Part shown: positions 43,144 through 53,076 of the stretch, one piece after another
Layout: the number at the start of each line of letters is the position of its first letter
Position numbering within the stretch: position 1 is the stretch's first letter
From: an uncultured Actinomycetota bacterium
Lineage (GTDB): Bacteria; Actinomycetota; Actinomycetes; Propionibacteriales; Propionibacteriaceae
Assembly (NCBI GenBank): GCA_963707005.1
Contig: CAVPPP010000046.1
Location: 111,863 to 175,862, forward strand
Direction: 5' to 3'
Length of the DNA stretch: 64,000 nt
The notes under the pieces: model-generated
The model's input: only the letters and a program-made list of their open reading frames with translations
Database searches by the model: none
Told to the model about the DNA's origin: nothing
Translations under genes and position numbers: made by a program

Positions 43144-43689
43144 CGCCGGGGATTCCCCGTCCACCGCGGCGGTTCCATCAGCCGCCGACACCGTTCCCAG
43201 GTTGTCGAAGGGCAGGCTGGACGTGATTCGCCGATCTGGTAGCAGTAGGTCCGAGCCACCACCTGGCCGGCACGAAGTCTGCCTCCAGACCCCGTGGCCC
43301 GACCGTCATGTTTCCGGTCCGGCGGACGATGCATCGCGCTAATGCAGCGTGTCCCAGGCCGGGCTCCACGACTGCAGACCTGGCGGATTCTTGCAGCCAG
43401 GTGTTGGGCATCCCGTGATCTGATCACCTTCTGTCGAACGTGACAGGCGCTGCAAGAGGCTGTCGACGAACGTCGCGATCTTGCGACGCACGTCGCGCCC
43501 ATCCTGCCTGCCTGGTTAAAAGGGCGTCGATCCGGTAAATTGGGGGTGTCGCTAGGGGAATGGACCGAAGATCCGGTTGTCGATCATCTGGTCGTGCTCG
43601 ACCAAGAGGCGAGCAGTTTGCAGGAACGAGCCACCAATGCTCGCATCTACGCCAGCGTTGACGTCGATTGATCAAGGTGAGTGCAGCGC

Positions 43690-44100
43690 GATCTGAAAGG
43701 AGACATGACGATGGAGCTTCTCGATCTGGGTGCCGGCACGCTGAGACCGGCGCCATGCCCTCGGCCCGAGCGTCGAAATTATGGTCGACGACGCCACATC
43801 CTCGACTGGCCCGTCGGTCTCGCGAGTGCATCGGTACCGCCGGCACCCGACTGCACGGGCCCCAACCCGACATGGTCGAGACCTATTGGTGCGGGATCCA
43901 TCGAGTCTTCCGTACCATCGACTGTCCGTCCGGGTTGACGCTACCGTTTGCCCAAGTGACGCGGTGATGTCTTCGGCGCCTGAATGAACTCGTCTCCCTC
44001 CTGATCGTCGGCACCCGGGAAGGCCGGCCGTACCAGGCGGGCTCGATCAGCCACTAGCCACGCCAGCTGTCCGGTCGTCACCGTCTCGAACTACCGCCTG
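43690..44100 (+). pseudogene. decayed universal stress protein paralogue
   Basis: Fragments HILDWPVGL..., ETYWCGIHRVF..DCPSG.TL.FAQ, LIVGTREGRPYQAGSISH, CPVVTV align to the usp at 27470..28042. They are interrupted by deletions, stops and frame changes. Confidence 0.7.
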
Positions 44101-44215
44101 AGCGCAATCGGCCCGGCAGGCTCGACAAAATCCGAAGCCACCCAGCTCGCGACACACACCGTCTACCCAGGTAAGCCACCGTCTGGCCCCGCCCGAGCCG
44201 AGAGAAACACGGACC

Positions 44216-44467
44216 ATGATGAAGAAGCGTCAGCGTCACCTGCTACACGATCTTGAACACGAGCTCGGGCGAGAGGACCCGACCTGGGTCCGCCAGTTCG
44301 AGAAGACCGGACCGTCCAGCACGTCATCGACCCGGCTGATACTGGATGCCAGTCTCGGATTGTCGATACTGATCATGGCCTTCGGGCTGTTGCTGGGCCT
44401 GACCGGCGTCGTGGGGCTGTTCGGCATGGCGGCCACCGCCTTGGTGGCATACAAGTTTCGACGCTAG
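44216..44467 (+). CDS. DUF3040 domain membrane protein
   Basis: MMKKRQRHLLHDLEHELGREDPTWVRQFEK... is 60-70% identical to 28039..28290. Confidence 0.65.
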   Translation: MMKKRQRHLLHDLEHELGREDPTWVRQFEKTGPSSTSSTRLILDASLGLSILIMAFGLLLGLTGVVGLFGMAATALVAYKFRR

Positions 44468-44568
44468 CGAGACGCCGAGTTCCAGGGAGAACCGAAACGA
44501 CTGCGGCGACGCCATGAGTTTCGCAACCTCAACCGTTGCTGTCGACCAGCGACTGTGGATCCACATCG

Positions 44569-45133
44569 TCACGTTCGGCCCGATCGAGCCCGCTGGGTGG
44601 TGGACTTCGAGCGTTTCTCGATGTCAGTCGTCGGCTTCGATTGCGGCGACGAGTTCAATGTCGCGGACTGGGTTTTGATCTTGGCTATGGAGCCTTCGGA
44701 GGAGGTAGCGGCGGTCGGAGACTTGCCACTCGTCGTGGAGATCGTTGAGGACGGCGCCAACCAGGCGGATGACACCGCCTCGTTGGGAATAATGCCGACG
44801 ACGCGAGCGCGGCGTTTGATCTCTCGATTGCTCCGCTCCACCGGGGTGAAGGCAGGGACCTCGGCTCTCGCAGCATCCATCGGCGGTCTGATCTTGGGGA
44901 GTGACAGCGAGCTGGGGCCCCGTGCAGACCGCTCTTGCTTCAAGGTGCGGAAGAACCCGCACCAGAACACTTCGTCTTCGGAGTTGCCGACATCGAGACC
45001 GAGGATCTCCTGCCACCGTCGGAGGTGACCGCGGTCGTGACGACGATGGCCATCGAAGTGACCTGCCCGCCCCGACCTGCCCGCCGCCGGGGCCGGTGCG
45101 GCGGGCATGGCGGTAGGTGGCAGCGAGGAACAC
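44569..45133 (-). mobile_element. IS256-family transposase C-terminal remnant (frameshifted)
   Basis: ...ERSNREIKRRARVVGIIPNEA and, in an adjacent frame, VIRLVGAVLNDLHDEWQVSDRRYL match the IS256 transposase C-terminus. Confidence 0.55.
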
Positions 45134-45701
45134 CTACGGGACGGTGTGATTCAGCGCCCGATCCCGAAACGCCGCCACCTGCTCGTCGAGCCCGGCGCAG
45201 AGTCGGCTGATCTCGGACTTCGAGATGCCCGACCCGATACCCGGCGCGGCGACCAGGTCGTCGACGGCCTGGGTCTCGTGGAGGCTCTCATCCGGGAAGG
45301 TTGAGAGTCGTGGGCGATCCGGGCGGGGCTAGACGCCCACCGGGAACCAGCGATGGCGACGAGGGGTGATCAAGCGGGTTGCTGACCGGCGGGGGATCCA
45401 TCCTGTGGCGTTGCGGACCGCGAGGTTCGGCATGTTCAGATCGACGGCGGTCTGCGGCCGGGCTCGACCTCGACGAGGCGAGCCGGGTTGTCGAGCTGGA
45501 ACGCAAAGTACGCGACGTCCGCGGGGGAACACCTGGGCATTTGTCAAGGGCCTTACGGACTGCTTGAGAGCAGCCGGTGGTCCTATTTGCCGGACGGTCC
45601 TTACTACGCTCGCAGACGCTGCGAGATCGTCATGATTTCGCGGTTGCTGTTGAGCGAGATCCCGGTATAGTCCGAACCAGACGGGTGTCGATTCGTCGGT
45701 G

Positions 45702-45720
45702 TCAAAACGAATCCGTTTGA
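45702..45720. promoter_or_regulatory. inverted repeat TCAAAACGaatcCGTTTGA upstream of small ORF/qNOR
   Basis: 7-8-bp arms with 4-bp spacer. An outer GATTCG...CGAATC pair lies around it. Located in a lower-GC leader 50 bp before 45752. Confidence 0.35.
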
Positions 45721-45751
45721 CGACCACATTCGATGAGGTGGAGGCCAGTGG

Positions 45752-46075
45752 ATGGCTGAACCAACAGGTCGAGCTGTTGATTCCGGACAGGTTTCTCCCG
45801 GTCGTCCGATGGCCCTCTCCGTGACCGCCGAGGACTCTGCGCGCCTCGAAGAACAAGGTGGTGGTCCAGCGCCCCGCGGTCTGGCCATTCTCCTCATCGG
45901 CGGGATCATTGCGCTGATTTCGCCGGTGATCGCGTTCCTGGTCGGGACCTATGCCGACACCCAGGTGGCGCTGTGGCTGCTGGTCGGGATCGGGGTGGGC
46001 GCGGTCGGCGTGGTGGTGACGATCTTGGGCGGTCTGCGCCTGCACAAAGACCTGAGCCACCGCTCCCCGGATTGA
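45752..46075 (+). CDS. hypothetical small membrane protein upstream of NO reductase
   Basis: GAGGTGGAGG RBS. Two TM helices (LAILLIGGIIALISPVIAFLVG / LWLLVGIGVGAVGVVVTILGGL). Confidence 0.4.
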   Translation: MAEPTGRAVDSGQVSPGRPMALSVTAEDSARLEEQGGGPAPRGLAILLIGGIIALISPVIAFLVGTYADTQVALWLLVGIGVGAVGVVVTILGGLRLHKDLSHRSPD

Positions 46076-46191
46076 CGAGACGGCACCGCACGACCGCGGC
46101 GTCCAGCTGGCCGCTGAAACCCCTTGTGACGCCGACATCGATCGCTGCGTGAGCAGACGTCCACCCGATTCGACCCCTGACCCGTGACCCC

Positions 46192-48542
46192 ATGGAGGCT
46201 GCGATGAGCACCGACACCGATCAGCGCCTTCCCGGGCGCGACCGTCGAGCGATGTTGATCAGCAAGGGCTGGGTCCAGGGTGTCGCCATCGTGATGATCT
46301 TCGGGTTCTTCGTGATGGGGATCCTTGCGTATCGGACCTACGCGGCGTCCATGCCGCAACCGGTAGAAGGTGGTCAGCGGCAGCGGGGAGACGGTCTTCA
46401 CCACGGCAGACATCACCGCGGGTCAGGTGCTGTTCAACCGGCGGGGCCTGATGCAGTACGGGTCCATCGTCGGACATGGTGCGTACCTCGGTCCTGACTA
46501 CACCGCCGACTACCTGCGGCGCTCAGCCGACTTCGTCGAGGAGCAGTTGCGCAGGCAGGGATCGGCTGATCCACGCGCGGATCTGGTCGAGGAGTTCCGC
46601 ACCAACCGCTACGACAAGGCCACGGGTGTCTTGACGTTCACCGACAACCAGGTGCTGGCCTTCGAGGCCCTCAAGACTCACTACGGCACGTTCTTCGGTG
46701 AGGACTCGACGAAGAATGGCCTCATTCCCCGGTTGATCACGGATCCGCAGGAGATCCACCAGCTGACGGCCTTCTTCGGCTGGACAGCGTGGGCGGCTGC
46801 GGCCGAGCGACCAGGTCATGACTACTCCTACACCAACAACTGGCCCGCCGAGCCTCGGGTCGACAACGGTCCTACCGCCGATCTGGTGATCTGGAGCGTC
46901 TTGTCGCTGGTCGTGCTCCTGGTCGGCACCGGTGGGTTGTTCGCCGTCTACGGGCGCTGGAGCCAGAGCATCGGCTGGCACAGCGCGGAAGCGCCCGTGC
47001 TGTCGTTCCGGCAGCCGGGTGAGGTGGCGCTGACCCCGTCTCAGCGCGCGACCGCATGGTTCTTCTTCGTGATCGCCGGGTTGTTCTTGGTCCAGGCGCT
47101 CCTGGGGGCGGCCGCTGAGCACTACCGAGCGGATCTGTTGAGCTTCTTCGGCGTCGATCTCGCGCGGCTCCTCCCGTTCAACCTGGCACGGACCTGGCAC
47201 GTGCAGCTGTCGCTGCTGTGGACCGCGGCCGGGTTCTTGGCGGCCGGCATCTTCTTGACCCCCTTCATCGGCGGCCGTGAGCCGAAGCGACAGTCGACCC
47301 TGGTGTACATCCTGTTCGGGGCTGTCGTGGTGGTGACGGTGGGAAGCCTGTTGAGCGAGGCGCTCTCCATCCACGGTGTCGCCTGGGCCAAGGGGCCACT
47401 TTTCGAGCAGCAGTGGGAGTACCTGGATCTGCCACGCGTCTGGCAGATACTCCTCGACGCTCGGGCTCTTCATCTGGATTGCGATCATCTACCGCGGAAT
47501 TCGGACCAGGTTGAAGTCGGAATCCCGAGGCAACATGCCGTGGCTGTTCTTCTTCTCGGGTCTGGCCATTCCGGCCTTCTATGCAGTGGGCATGTTGGCC
47601 GGGAACGAAACGCGACTCTCGGTGGCGGAGTTCTGGCGTTTCTGGGTGGTTCACCTGTGGGTGGAAGATTTCCTCGAGCTGTTCACGACGGTCATGGTGG
47701 CCTACATCTTCGTCATGCTCGGAGTGGTGCGTGAGAGGATCGCTCTCGGCATCATCTTCTTGGATGTGATCCTGTATTCCGCCGGCGGCGTCATCGGCAC
47801 CATGCATCACCTGTACTTCTCCGGGACCCCGGTGGAGCACATGGCCTTGGGGGCCTTCTTCTCCGCTGCCGAAGTGATACCGCTGACCTTCTTGACCGTG
47901 GAGGCGTGGACGTTCCTGCAGCTGGGTGCGCGGCAGGAGAAGAGGTCCAGTGCACCGTTCCCGCACCGTTGGGCGGTCATGTTCTTGGTCGCCGTGGGCT
48001 TCTGGAACTTCCTCGGCGCCGGCGTCTTCGGCTTCTTGGTGAACCTGCCCATCGTGTCCTACTACGAGATCGGCACCGCCTTGACCGCGAATCATGCTCA
48101 CGGAGCCATGATGGGCGTCTACGGCATGTTGGCGGTCGGCCTCTCCCTCTTCGCGCTGCGCTACATCATCCCGCCACAGAAGTGGCCCGAGCGCATGGCC
48201 AAGCTGTGCTTCTGGTCACTGAACATCGGATTGGCCTGGATGGTCTTCGCGACCCTGCTGCCGCTCGGTGTGCTGCAGCTGTACCACTCCGTTCGCTTCG
48301 GCTACTACGAAGCTCGTTCGCTGGGCTTCATCACCACCCCCGGCAATGCCCTGCTCGAATGGACCCGTCTGCCTGGGGATCTGCTGTTCATCATCGGTGG
48401 CTGCATCCCGTTCCTCTGGATCTGCTTCCAGGGTCTGCGGTACTTCCGCAGCGGCCCGACGACGATGGAGCTCCCCGCCGACACGCTCTACACGGAGAGC
48501 CAGCCCGTGACGGCCGCTTCGCGCAAGGAGGGCAGCAAGTGA
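46192..48542 (+). pseudogene. norZ: quinol-dependent nitric oxide reductase (qNOR/NorZ), two +1 frameshifts
   Basis: N-terminus LISKGWVQGVAIVMIFGFFVMGILAYRTY. Frame switch at ~46370 to GETVFTTADITAGQVLFNRRGLMQYGSIVGHGAYLGPDYTADYL. Second switch at ~47460 to the heme-copper core (WVVHLWVEDFLELF...HHLYF...NHAHGAMMGVYGMLA). Confidence 0.85.
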
Positions 48543-49169
48543 TGTCGATCAACGTCCTGCTCGTCTGTTGCTACACGCTCTTCCTGGTGCTGACGGCCTA
48601 CGGGTTCGACCACCTGGCCAAGCGGACCGCGGTCAGGGCGCAACGCTGGCGTACCGGGTCCTTTCGCTACCACCAGGACCACGACGCCTGGAAGTGTCCG
48701 CAGGACCAGTGGTTGTGGCCGACGTCGTTCGACCCGGAGCAGCGCGTCGTCCGCTACCGCGCCAAGCCGTCGGTCTGCAACTCCTGCCCGGTCAAGGACA
48801 CCTGCACGACATCGAGCCACGGGCGGGAGGTGAGCCGGGAGATCGACCCCTGGCCATACTCCGAAGCCGGCCGATTCCACCGCGGAATCGCGTGTGCGAT
48901 CGCCGTCCTGGCCATCGTCCTTCCGGCCGCGATGCTGCTGTCCAGGCCATCCACGGCGGACCTGCTCGCCCTGCTGGCCGCCATCGGCATCGGCATCGGC
49001 GCAGGCATTCCACTGGCTCGACACCTGTGGTCGTCACCCACGGGCTTTCCCGAGCACATACCCCAGGTCTCCGTCTACGAGGAAGCGTCGACCGATCGCT
49101 TCTCGACCACCTGGGGGTCGTTCACCCGTCGCCCGAGAAGCGTCAGCACCAGAGGAGAACGCCACGCCA
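48542..49169 (+). CDS. hypothetical Cys-motif membrane protein
   Basis: Start overlaps the qNOR stop (TGATG). Contains CPQDQW...CNSCPVKDTC and a C-terminal TM. There is no stop before the downstream SPFH start in the same frame, so this may be a fusion or a lost stop. Confidence 0.35.
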
Positions 49170-49990
49170 TGACGACGGCGATCATCGTGGGACTGACCCT
49201 GCTGGTCGTGGCGATTCTCGCCTTGGCCACATCAATGCGGGTATTGCGGGAGTACGAGCGAGGCGTCGTCTTCCGACTCGGCCGCCTACAGACCCTCTAC
49301 GATCCAGGGCTGCGAAGGGTACTTCCCGTCGTCGACCGGATGATCAAAGTCGATCTCCGGTTGGTGACGCTGACGATTCCGCCACAAGAGGTCATCACCC
49401 GCGACAACGTTCCGGCGCGCGTCAATGCTGTCGTGCTCTTCCGCGTCATCGATCCGGTCAAGTCGGTGATGGAGGTGGAGAACTTCGCCGTTGCCACCTC
49501 GCAGATCGCTCAGACCTCACTGCGGTCGTTGCTCGGCAGGGTCGATCTGGATACGTTGCTCGCCCATCGGGAGAACCTGAACGAGGACTTGGCCACGACC
49601 ATTGCGGCGCAGACCATGCCGTGGGGCGTCGAGGTCAGGGTGGTGGAGATCAAGGATGTGGAGATTCCCGAAGCGATGCAGCGGGCCATGGCCCGGGAGG
49701 CGGAGGCAGAGCGCGAACGTCGGGCGAAGATCATCAACGCCCGCGGGGAGCTCCAGGCTTCCGAGGAACTGCGCCAAGCTGCCGAGATCCTGAGCCGCAA
49801 TCCGGCTTCGCTGCAGTTGCGCTACCTGCAAACTCTGCTCGAGCTCGGCGCTGACCAGAACTCCACGGTGGTCTTTCCCCTGCCCATCGACATCGTCGGC
49901 CCGTTCCTGAACAGCATGGTCCACAACGACGTCAGCAAGACGGTGGAGAGAGCCACATCGGCGACCAACGGGACCGAGGTTCCACGGTGA
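49170..49990 (+). CDS. SPFH/band-7 (stomatin-like) protein
   Basis: RVLREYERGVVFRLGRL...ITRDNVPARVNAVVLFRVIDP...EAERERRAKII. AGAGGAGAA RBS. Paralogue of 13480..14454. Confidence 0.8.
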
Positions 49991-50205
49991 CGGTGCCGCG
50001 CGGCGGCGAGTTTACTGCGCCGCTCGGTTCGACCCACCGTCAGTCGGGTTGTTGGCGACGCCCGCGTCGATGGCGATCTTCGAAGCGGTGATCGCCACTT
50101 ACGTCGCATCGGGATTGGCACCGATGATCGGCGCCAGGATGGACAGCCAGACCTGCAGGGGTGGGCCGTCCTGGATCCGGCTGCAGCTTTTCGAACCCCG
50201 GGCTG

Positions 50206-51592
50206 GGCAGGGGTTTGGAGGCTCTTCAGAATCGAGGGTGTAGTCGGGGTCTGAATCCGCCGGCTTCGAGTAGGCATCGGGCGATGTAGTTGGTGAGGTT
50301 GCGGAAGCCGAGGGCTGAGCCGCGGAGGTGTTCGAGCCGGCCGTTGATCGCCTCGGTGGGTCCGTTGCTGGCTCCGGGCCGGTCGAAGTAGGCCAGCACG
50401 TCGACGGCCCGCTTCTTCAGCGTGCGGCCGAGGGTGATCAGCTCGGTCAGCGGCTTCGGCACCCCGTGGCTGAGCGAGTCGATCAGCTTGACCATCAGCT
50501 GGCGGCCGCGGACTCGGTCGGGTTGCCGGTAGGCGGTGATCATGCGCTGGTAGATCCCCCAGGCCGCCTCGACCTGGACATGGGCGTCGTCGGCGAACAA
50601 TGTTTCGAGCCGCTGCTGCTGTTTGTCGGTGAGCAGGTCGACGCCGGTGTGGAGGGTGCGGCGGGCTCGGTAGAGCGGATCGTTCGGCGCGGCCGCGGTG
50701 ACCGTGGATGATCTGCTGGATCCGGCGGCGACATCGGTCGAGGGCGTCGCCGGCGAGGCGGACGACATGGAACGGGTCCATCACCGCGACGGCGTCGGGC
50801 AGCTCCTCGGCGGTGGCGGTCTTGAACCCGGTGAACCCGTCCATCGCGACGACCTCGATGCGGTCACGCCACGCCGCTGGGCGTTCGGCGAGCCACTGCT
50901 TGAACGCTTGTTTGGAACGACCTTCGACCATGTCGAGCAGCCGGGCCGGGCCGGTGTGGTCGCGGACCGGGGTCAGGTCGATGATCACGGTGACGTACTT
51001 GTCGCCGCGGCGGGTGTGCCGCCAGACGTGCTCATCGACCCCGATGACGGCGACGCCGTCGAAGCGGTGCGGGTCGTCGATCAGCGCGCGTTGCCCTTCG
51101 GCGAGGACGGCGTTGTTGGCGGTGTTCCACGACACCGCGAGCCCTTCGGCGACCCGGGCCACGGTGAGGTGCTGCACCACCAGGCCCTCCAGCGCCCACC
51201 GCAGCCCGCGGCGGGACAGCTTCGCTCGCGGCTCCGCGGCCCGGCTGGTGTCTTGGCGCCACACATGCCGGCACTCGCTGCAGCGGTAGCGGCGGACCGT
51301 GACGTGCAGGCTGGTGGGTCGCCACCCGAACGGCTCGTGCGCCAGCCGGCGGATCACGGTGTCGCGCGGGACGCCTTGGCAGCCGCAGCGGTGGCACCAG
51401 TCGTCGGGGTCGACGACCCGGCACGCCAGCACGGCACGATCAGGGTCGAGGCGTTGCCCGGTCACGACGAGGCCGAGCTCGTCGAGGCGGCAGAACACGG
51501 TCAGGTCAGGGCAGCCGAAAACGGCATCAGGGGTAGCGTCAGTCACCGTCGAGGTCTTCCAGATGGGTCGAGTGTGAGAACTTCCATCTTCG
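50206..51592 (-). mobile_element. ISL3-family insertion sequence (transposase frameshifted)
   Basis: The transposase at 50226..51546 matches the ISL3 N-terminal zinc-ribbon/HTH, the DDE region and the GFRNLTNY C-terminus. The frame breaks near 50700 between ...IIHGHRGRA and PNDPLYRARR. Imperfect terminal inverted repeats: GGCTCTTCAGAATCGAGGGTG (~50206) and CACACTCGACCCATCTGGAAGACC (~51569). Confidence 0.75.
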
Positions 51593-51914
51593 GGAGACCT
51601 CGACGCCTACCCAGCCATCGACGCGCCGACCTCTACACCCTCAACTGCGAAGAGCCGTCAGTGGTGCTGTAGACAAACCGTTGTGAGGAGCACGCTGAGC
51701 GACCGGCCGCCAGGCAGTTCGTCGCACCCGGAATGTTGCACACGCGCTCTCAACTACCGCCGCGCGAGACCGCCTGCGCACTTGGCGACCCTCTCGAGTG
51801 GAGTCGTAGATCTGGCGCGGCCAATCTGGAGGCCTGGCCCATCGAGGGCGCCAGGTCCTTGCCGGAGGCAGATTCAACGGCGGCGTCCTGTACGGCGCTC
51901 CCAGTTGCTGAGTT

Positions 51915-52847
51915 TCATCTCGTAGTCCATGCAAACTTTGACCTCGTCGTAGCGGACGAAACGCTGGTGATCAGCATCTGGTCGGCCCCATCGTACTTGT
52001 CGAAGGAGTGGAAGAACGGAGGGATGGTTCCAGGAGAGACATCGCTCAATAGGTAGAACTTGCGATCAGGATCCTCCTTCGTTGGCGTCCATCTTAGATC
52101 TCCGTCGTCACCACCACGCTCAGGTGTAAATAGAAGGACTGGGTGGGTTGACTCGTTTACGCCGTCGACCAGTGTGTCCACTGAAATCACGTACCCTGGC
52201 CCCGTATAGGCGTAGGGAACTGGAAGGTACTTCCACTTGTAGTTGTCAGCACCGTCTAGCAGGATGCCCTCCGATGCATCGTCCTGGATGGCATCTGAGG
52301 GTGTCTTGCAGCCCCGCGATCCTGAAGGAAAGATTGGGATCGGTTCATCAGCGCTGCTGGTGTCCGAGCTGTCTGACGAGGAGGTGTCGCGATCTTCGGT
52401 CTGAGTCCTGGTCTGACCGGAGGTGTCGTAGGAACCAGTATCGGATACCGCGCTCTCGTTCAGCTTGTAGCCAACCCAACCGAAGAAGGCCGCTCCTGCA
52501 AGGGTCAGAGCTGTGCACACTACCCCGATACCGATTAGGGCCTTTGACCAGACTGGCAACCTCGCCGCCTTGATGGAGCTTCCCAGGGTTTGCGCAGACA
52601 TTGACGTCGTTGGCTCAACTGGCCGTTGATAGACGATCCTGGGGTTGAGGACGGTCGCATCCGGGTCGACATCCTGTGTCAGGGTCTCAGGCTCGTCCTC
52701 CTGGACCGCAGGCTTGCTCTTGGGACTCTTGTCCGGGGTGATCCACATGATCAGTCCTGCGAGCAGTCCGATAGCACAAATGACGAGGAAAACCTTGAAT
52801 GGCACGTGGATGTGGATTCGGCCAATGGTGTCGACGAGGTGGAGCAT
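51915..52847 (-). CDS. hypothetical two-TM envelope protein with Ser/Asp-rich linker
   Basis: AAGGAA RBS. Two TM helices, an acidic Ser/Thr-rich low-complexity segment and a ~150-aa C-terminal domain. Lower GC (~55%). Confidence 0.6.
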   Translation of the reverse strand: MLHLVDTIGRIHIHVPFKVFLVICAIGLLAGLIMWITPDKSPKSKPAVQEDEPETLTQDVDPDATVLNPRIVYQRPVEPTTSMSAQTLGSSIKAARLPVWSKALIGIGVVCTALTLAGAAFFGWVGYKLNESAVSDTGSYDTSGQTRTQTEDRDTSSSDSSDTSSADEPIPIFPSGSRGCKTPSDAIQDDASEGILLDGADNYKWKYLPVPYAYTGPGYVISVDTLVDGVNESTHPVLLFTPERGGDDGDLRWTPTKEDPDRKFYLLSDVSPGTIPPFFHSFDKYDGADQMLITSVSSATTRSKFAWTTR

Positions 52848-53076
52848 CCATTTCCTTCATGATCGAGGCTCAGTCATCGTCGACAGTCGGCGCTTCGTGA
52901 GTCGGGCTGTAGCGGGTTGACCTCCGGAGGGGAAGTCACAGCATCATCTCGTTTGAATGACTCTGCCGGGTGAAACTCACCATATTTGGCTGGTAGGCTG
53001 CGGGGTCTCCCATCAAGCGCGGCGTAGCGATTGGTCAATCAGGCCGAAGAGCCATCGCAATAGGGACCGTTGATCG

